NCBI RefSeq assembly: GCF_030028105.1
Contig: NC_092397.1
Location: 31,835,097 to 31,899,096 of the forward strand
DNA: 64,000 nt
Direction: 5' to 3'
DNA from: Mobula birostris
Taxonomy: Eukaryota
The notes below the pieces were generated by a model. It saw nothing but the letters and a program-made list of their open reading frames with translations. It was not told the origin of the DNA and did not search any database. Within the stretch, counting starts at the first letter, position 1, and each line of letters begins with the position of its first letter. This document shows, in pieces, positions 61,791 through 64,000 of the stretch. The position numbers and the translations under genes are program-made.

Positions 61791-64000
61791 TAGGCCGAGT
61801 TACTGAGCACAGTGGCACTGAGGGCCTGAAGTGTGTTTATGTCAGTGCAGTGTAGAACGGTTAAGGCAGACGTACTTAGAGCCTGGATTAGTACATGGCA
61901 TGCTGACTCAGCCATTACAGAGATCTGGCTGAGAGAAGGGCAGCACTGACAGATAAACATTCCAGGATTCAGATGATTCAGACAGTCCAGAGGGAGGTGA
62001 ATGAGGTTCGGGCTCTGTACTGCTGATCAGGCAGAATGTCACAAGGTCAAGGTCATCCCAGAGGCTCATCCAGTAAGACAATGTGGGTAGAAATCAGGAA
62101 TAAGAAAGGTGCAATCACCATGATGGGATTATACTGTCGGCCTCCCAATAGCCAGTAAGAGACAGAAACAGATATGTTAGCAGGTTATGGGATGATGCAA
62201 AAACTGCAGAGTAGATTTGGTGAGTGAATATCTCCTCAGAGTAACTGGGACTCCGTTACACCCTGAGGCTTGGATGGGGCATTATTTGTGTTCAGGAAGG
62301 TTTCCTGAAACAATATGTCGTCCACCAGGGAGGGCGACATTCTTGACTTCACCTTGGGAAATATGGGACTCAGCAGAGTGGTGGCAGGAACAACCAGTGT
62401 TCAAAGAGGAATTAGACAGGTCCTTCAGGGGAAATGACCTGCACAGCTGTGGGGACAGAGTGGGGAATGGGATTGTGGAAATGTTGTAGAAGGAGTTGGT
62501 ATTAACTTGATGGGTCAAATAGTCTCGACGATCACAGAATGATTCTCTGCCCAATAATAGGCTGAAAGGATCATTCTGGTCGCCAGTGAATCTTCCAAGC
62601 TCCAGGATGGACAAGATCAATTGTGTAATAAGGACACGCTTCTGTCGAAACACTGACACTGTACACCAAGCACACTGAGCTGCCAGAGCACAGCACCGGC
62701 CAGTGAGGACACAGACCAGTACAACACCCGGCTCTCAACTGCAAAGTTCAAAGCTGAAAATAAATGTACTATCAAAATACATTTCTGTCACCATATACAA
62801 CCCTGAGATTAGTTTTCTTGTGGGCATACTGCTGGTTTGTTAGAGCAGTTGGGGAGGGTTGAAACTAATTTGGCAGGGGCGTGGGAACAGGCATGAAAAG
62901 ACTCAGGGTAGGACAGATGGTAAAGAAAGCAAAGATCGCATGCAGTCACACTGTCAGGAAGGGCAGGCAGATGATAGGACATAACTGCAGCCAGCAGGGT
63001 GAGTATCAGTGCATGAGGGATGCAGAATCAATAAGGGTAGCAAATACAGTACTCAAACTGTTATATCTCAATACGCAGAGTATAAGAAATAAGGTGGATA
63101 ATCTTATTGCCCTATTATGGATTGTTGTGACCATCACTGAATCACGGCTGAAGAATGTTTGTAGTTGGGAGCTAAGTGCCCAAGGTTACACGTATCAGCG
63201 GGATAGGAAGGTAGGCAATGGGGATGGAATGGCTCTGCTGATAAAGAATGGTAACAAATCAGTAGAAAGATGTGACAAAGGATCGGAAGATGTTGAATCC
63301 TTGTGAGTTGAGGTAAAAACCTGCAAGTGTAAAAAGGACGTTGATGGCAGTTGTACACAGGCCTACAACAGTTGCTGGGATGTGGGCCACAGATTACAAC
63401 AGGAAATAGAAAAGGCAGGTCAAAAGGGGAATGTTATTTGAGATTTCATGGGAGTCAGGGGAGATTTTAACATGCAGGTTGATTGGGAAAATCAGGTTGG
63501 AAATAGATCTCAAGAGAGTGAGTTTGCTGAATGCTGAACAGATGGCTTTTTGGAGCAGTTTGTCATTGAGGTACTAGCGGATCACCTATACTGGATTATG
63601 TGTTATTGAATAAACTGGAGGTGATTTGGGAGCTTAAGGTAAAAGAACCCTTAGGAGGCAGTGGTCTCAGTATCACTGAGTTCAACTTGAAATTGGACAG
63701 GGAGAATGTACAGTCTGACACAGCAGTGTTTCAGTGGAGTTAAGGTAGTTACAGTGGTTTGAGAGAGGAGTTGGCTAAAGTAAATTGGAAGGAAATGCTG
63801 GCAGGGATGGCAGCAGAGCAGCAATGGTGTGAGTTTCTGGGGAAAATGAGGAAGGTGTAGGATAAATGTATTCCAGAAACAAACAAATACTCAAATGGCA
63901 AAATAGTACAACCGTGGCTGACAAGGAAGTCAATGCTAATGTAAAACCAAAAGGGAGGGCATACAACAAGCAAAAATTATTCAGAATACAGAGGATCGGG

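Overview
Eukaryotic vertebrate genomic DNA; the repeat families point to a cartilaginous fish, probably a ray (inference). The window is a replication-dependent histone gene cluster embedded in transposon debris. It has seven intact genes: H4(+), H3.2(+), a divergent H1(-), H2A(-), two H2B(-) and a second H4(-), each with a 3' stem-loop. It also holds several histone relics (5'-truncated H3, orphan H4 3' end, orphan H2A and H4 promoters), a small decaying tRNA cluster (iMet, Asn, Gly, Asp) and a C2H2 zinc-finger pseudogene. The main large-scale structure is an inverted duplication with ~11-kb arms (~16.35-28.2 kb vs ~53.4-64 kb), in which only H4 and its proximal promoter stay near-identical. 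Other notable points: short Penelope-derived insertions carrying minimal hammerhead-ribozyme motifs; two I/Nimb-clade LINE copies each fused to a destroyed histone gene; a solo LTR whose empty site is visible in the other arm; and a young 27-bp minisatellite. TE family calls and identity estimates are by eye, not from database searches.
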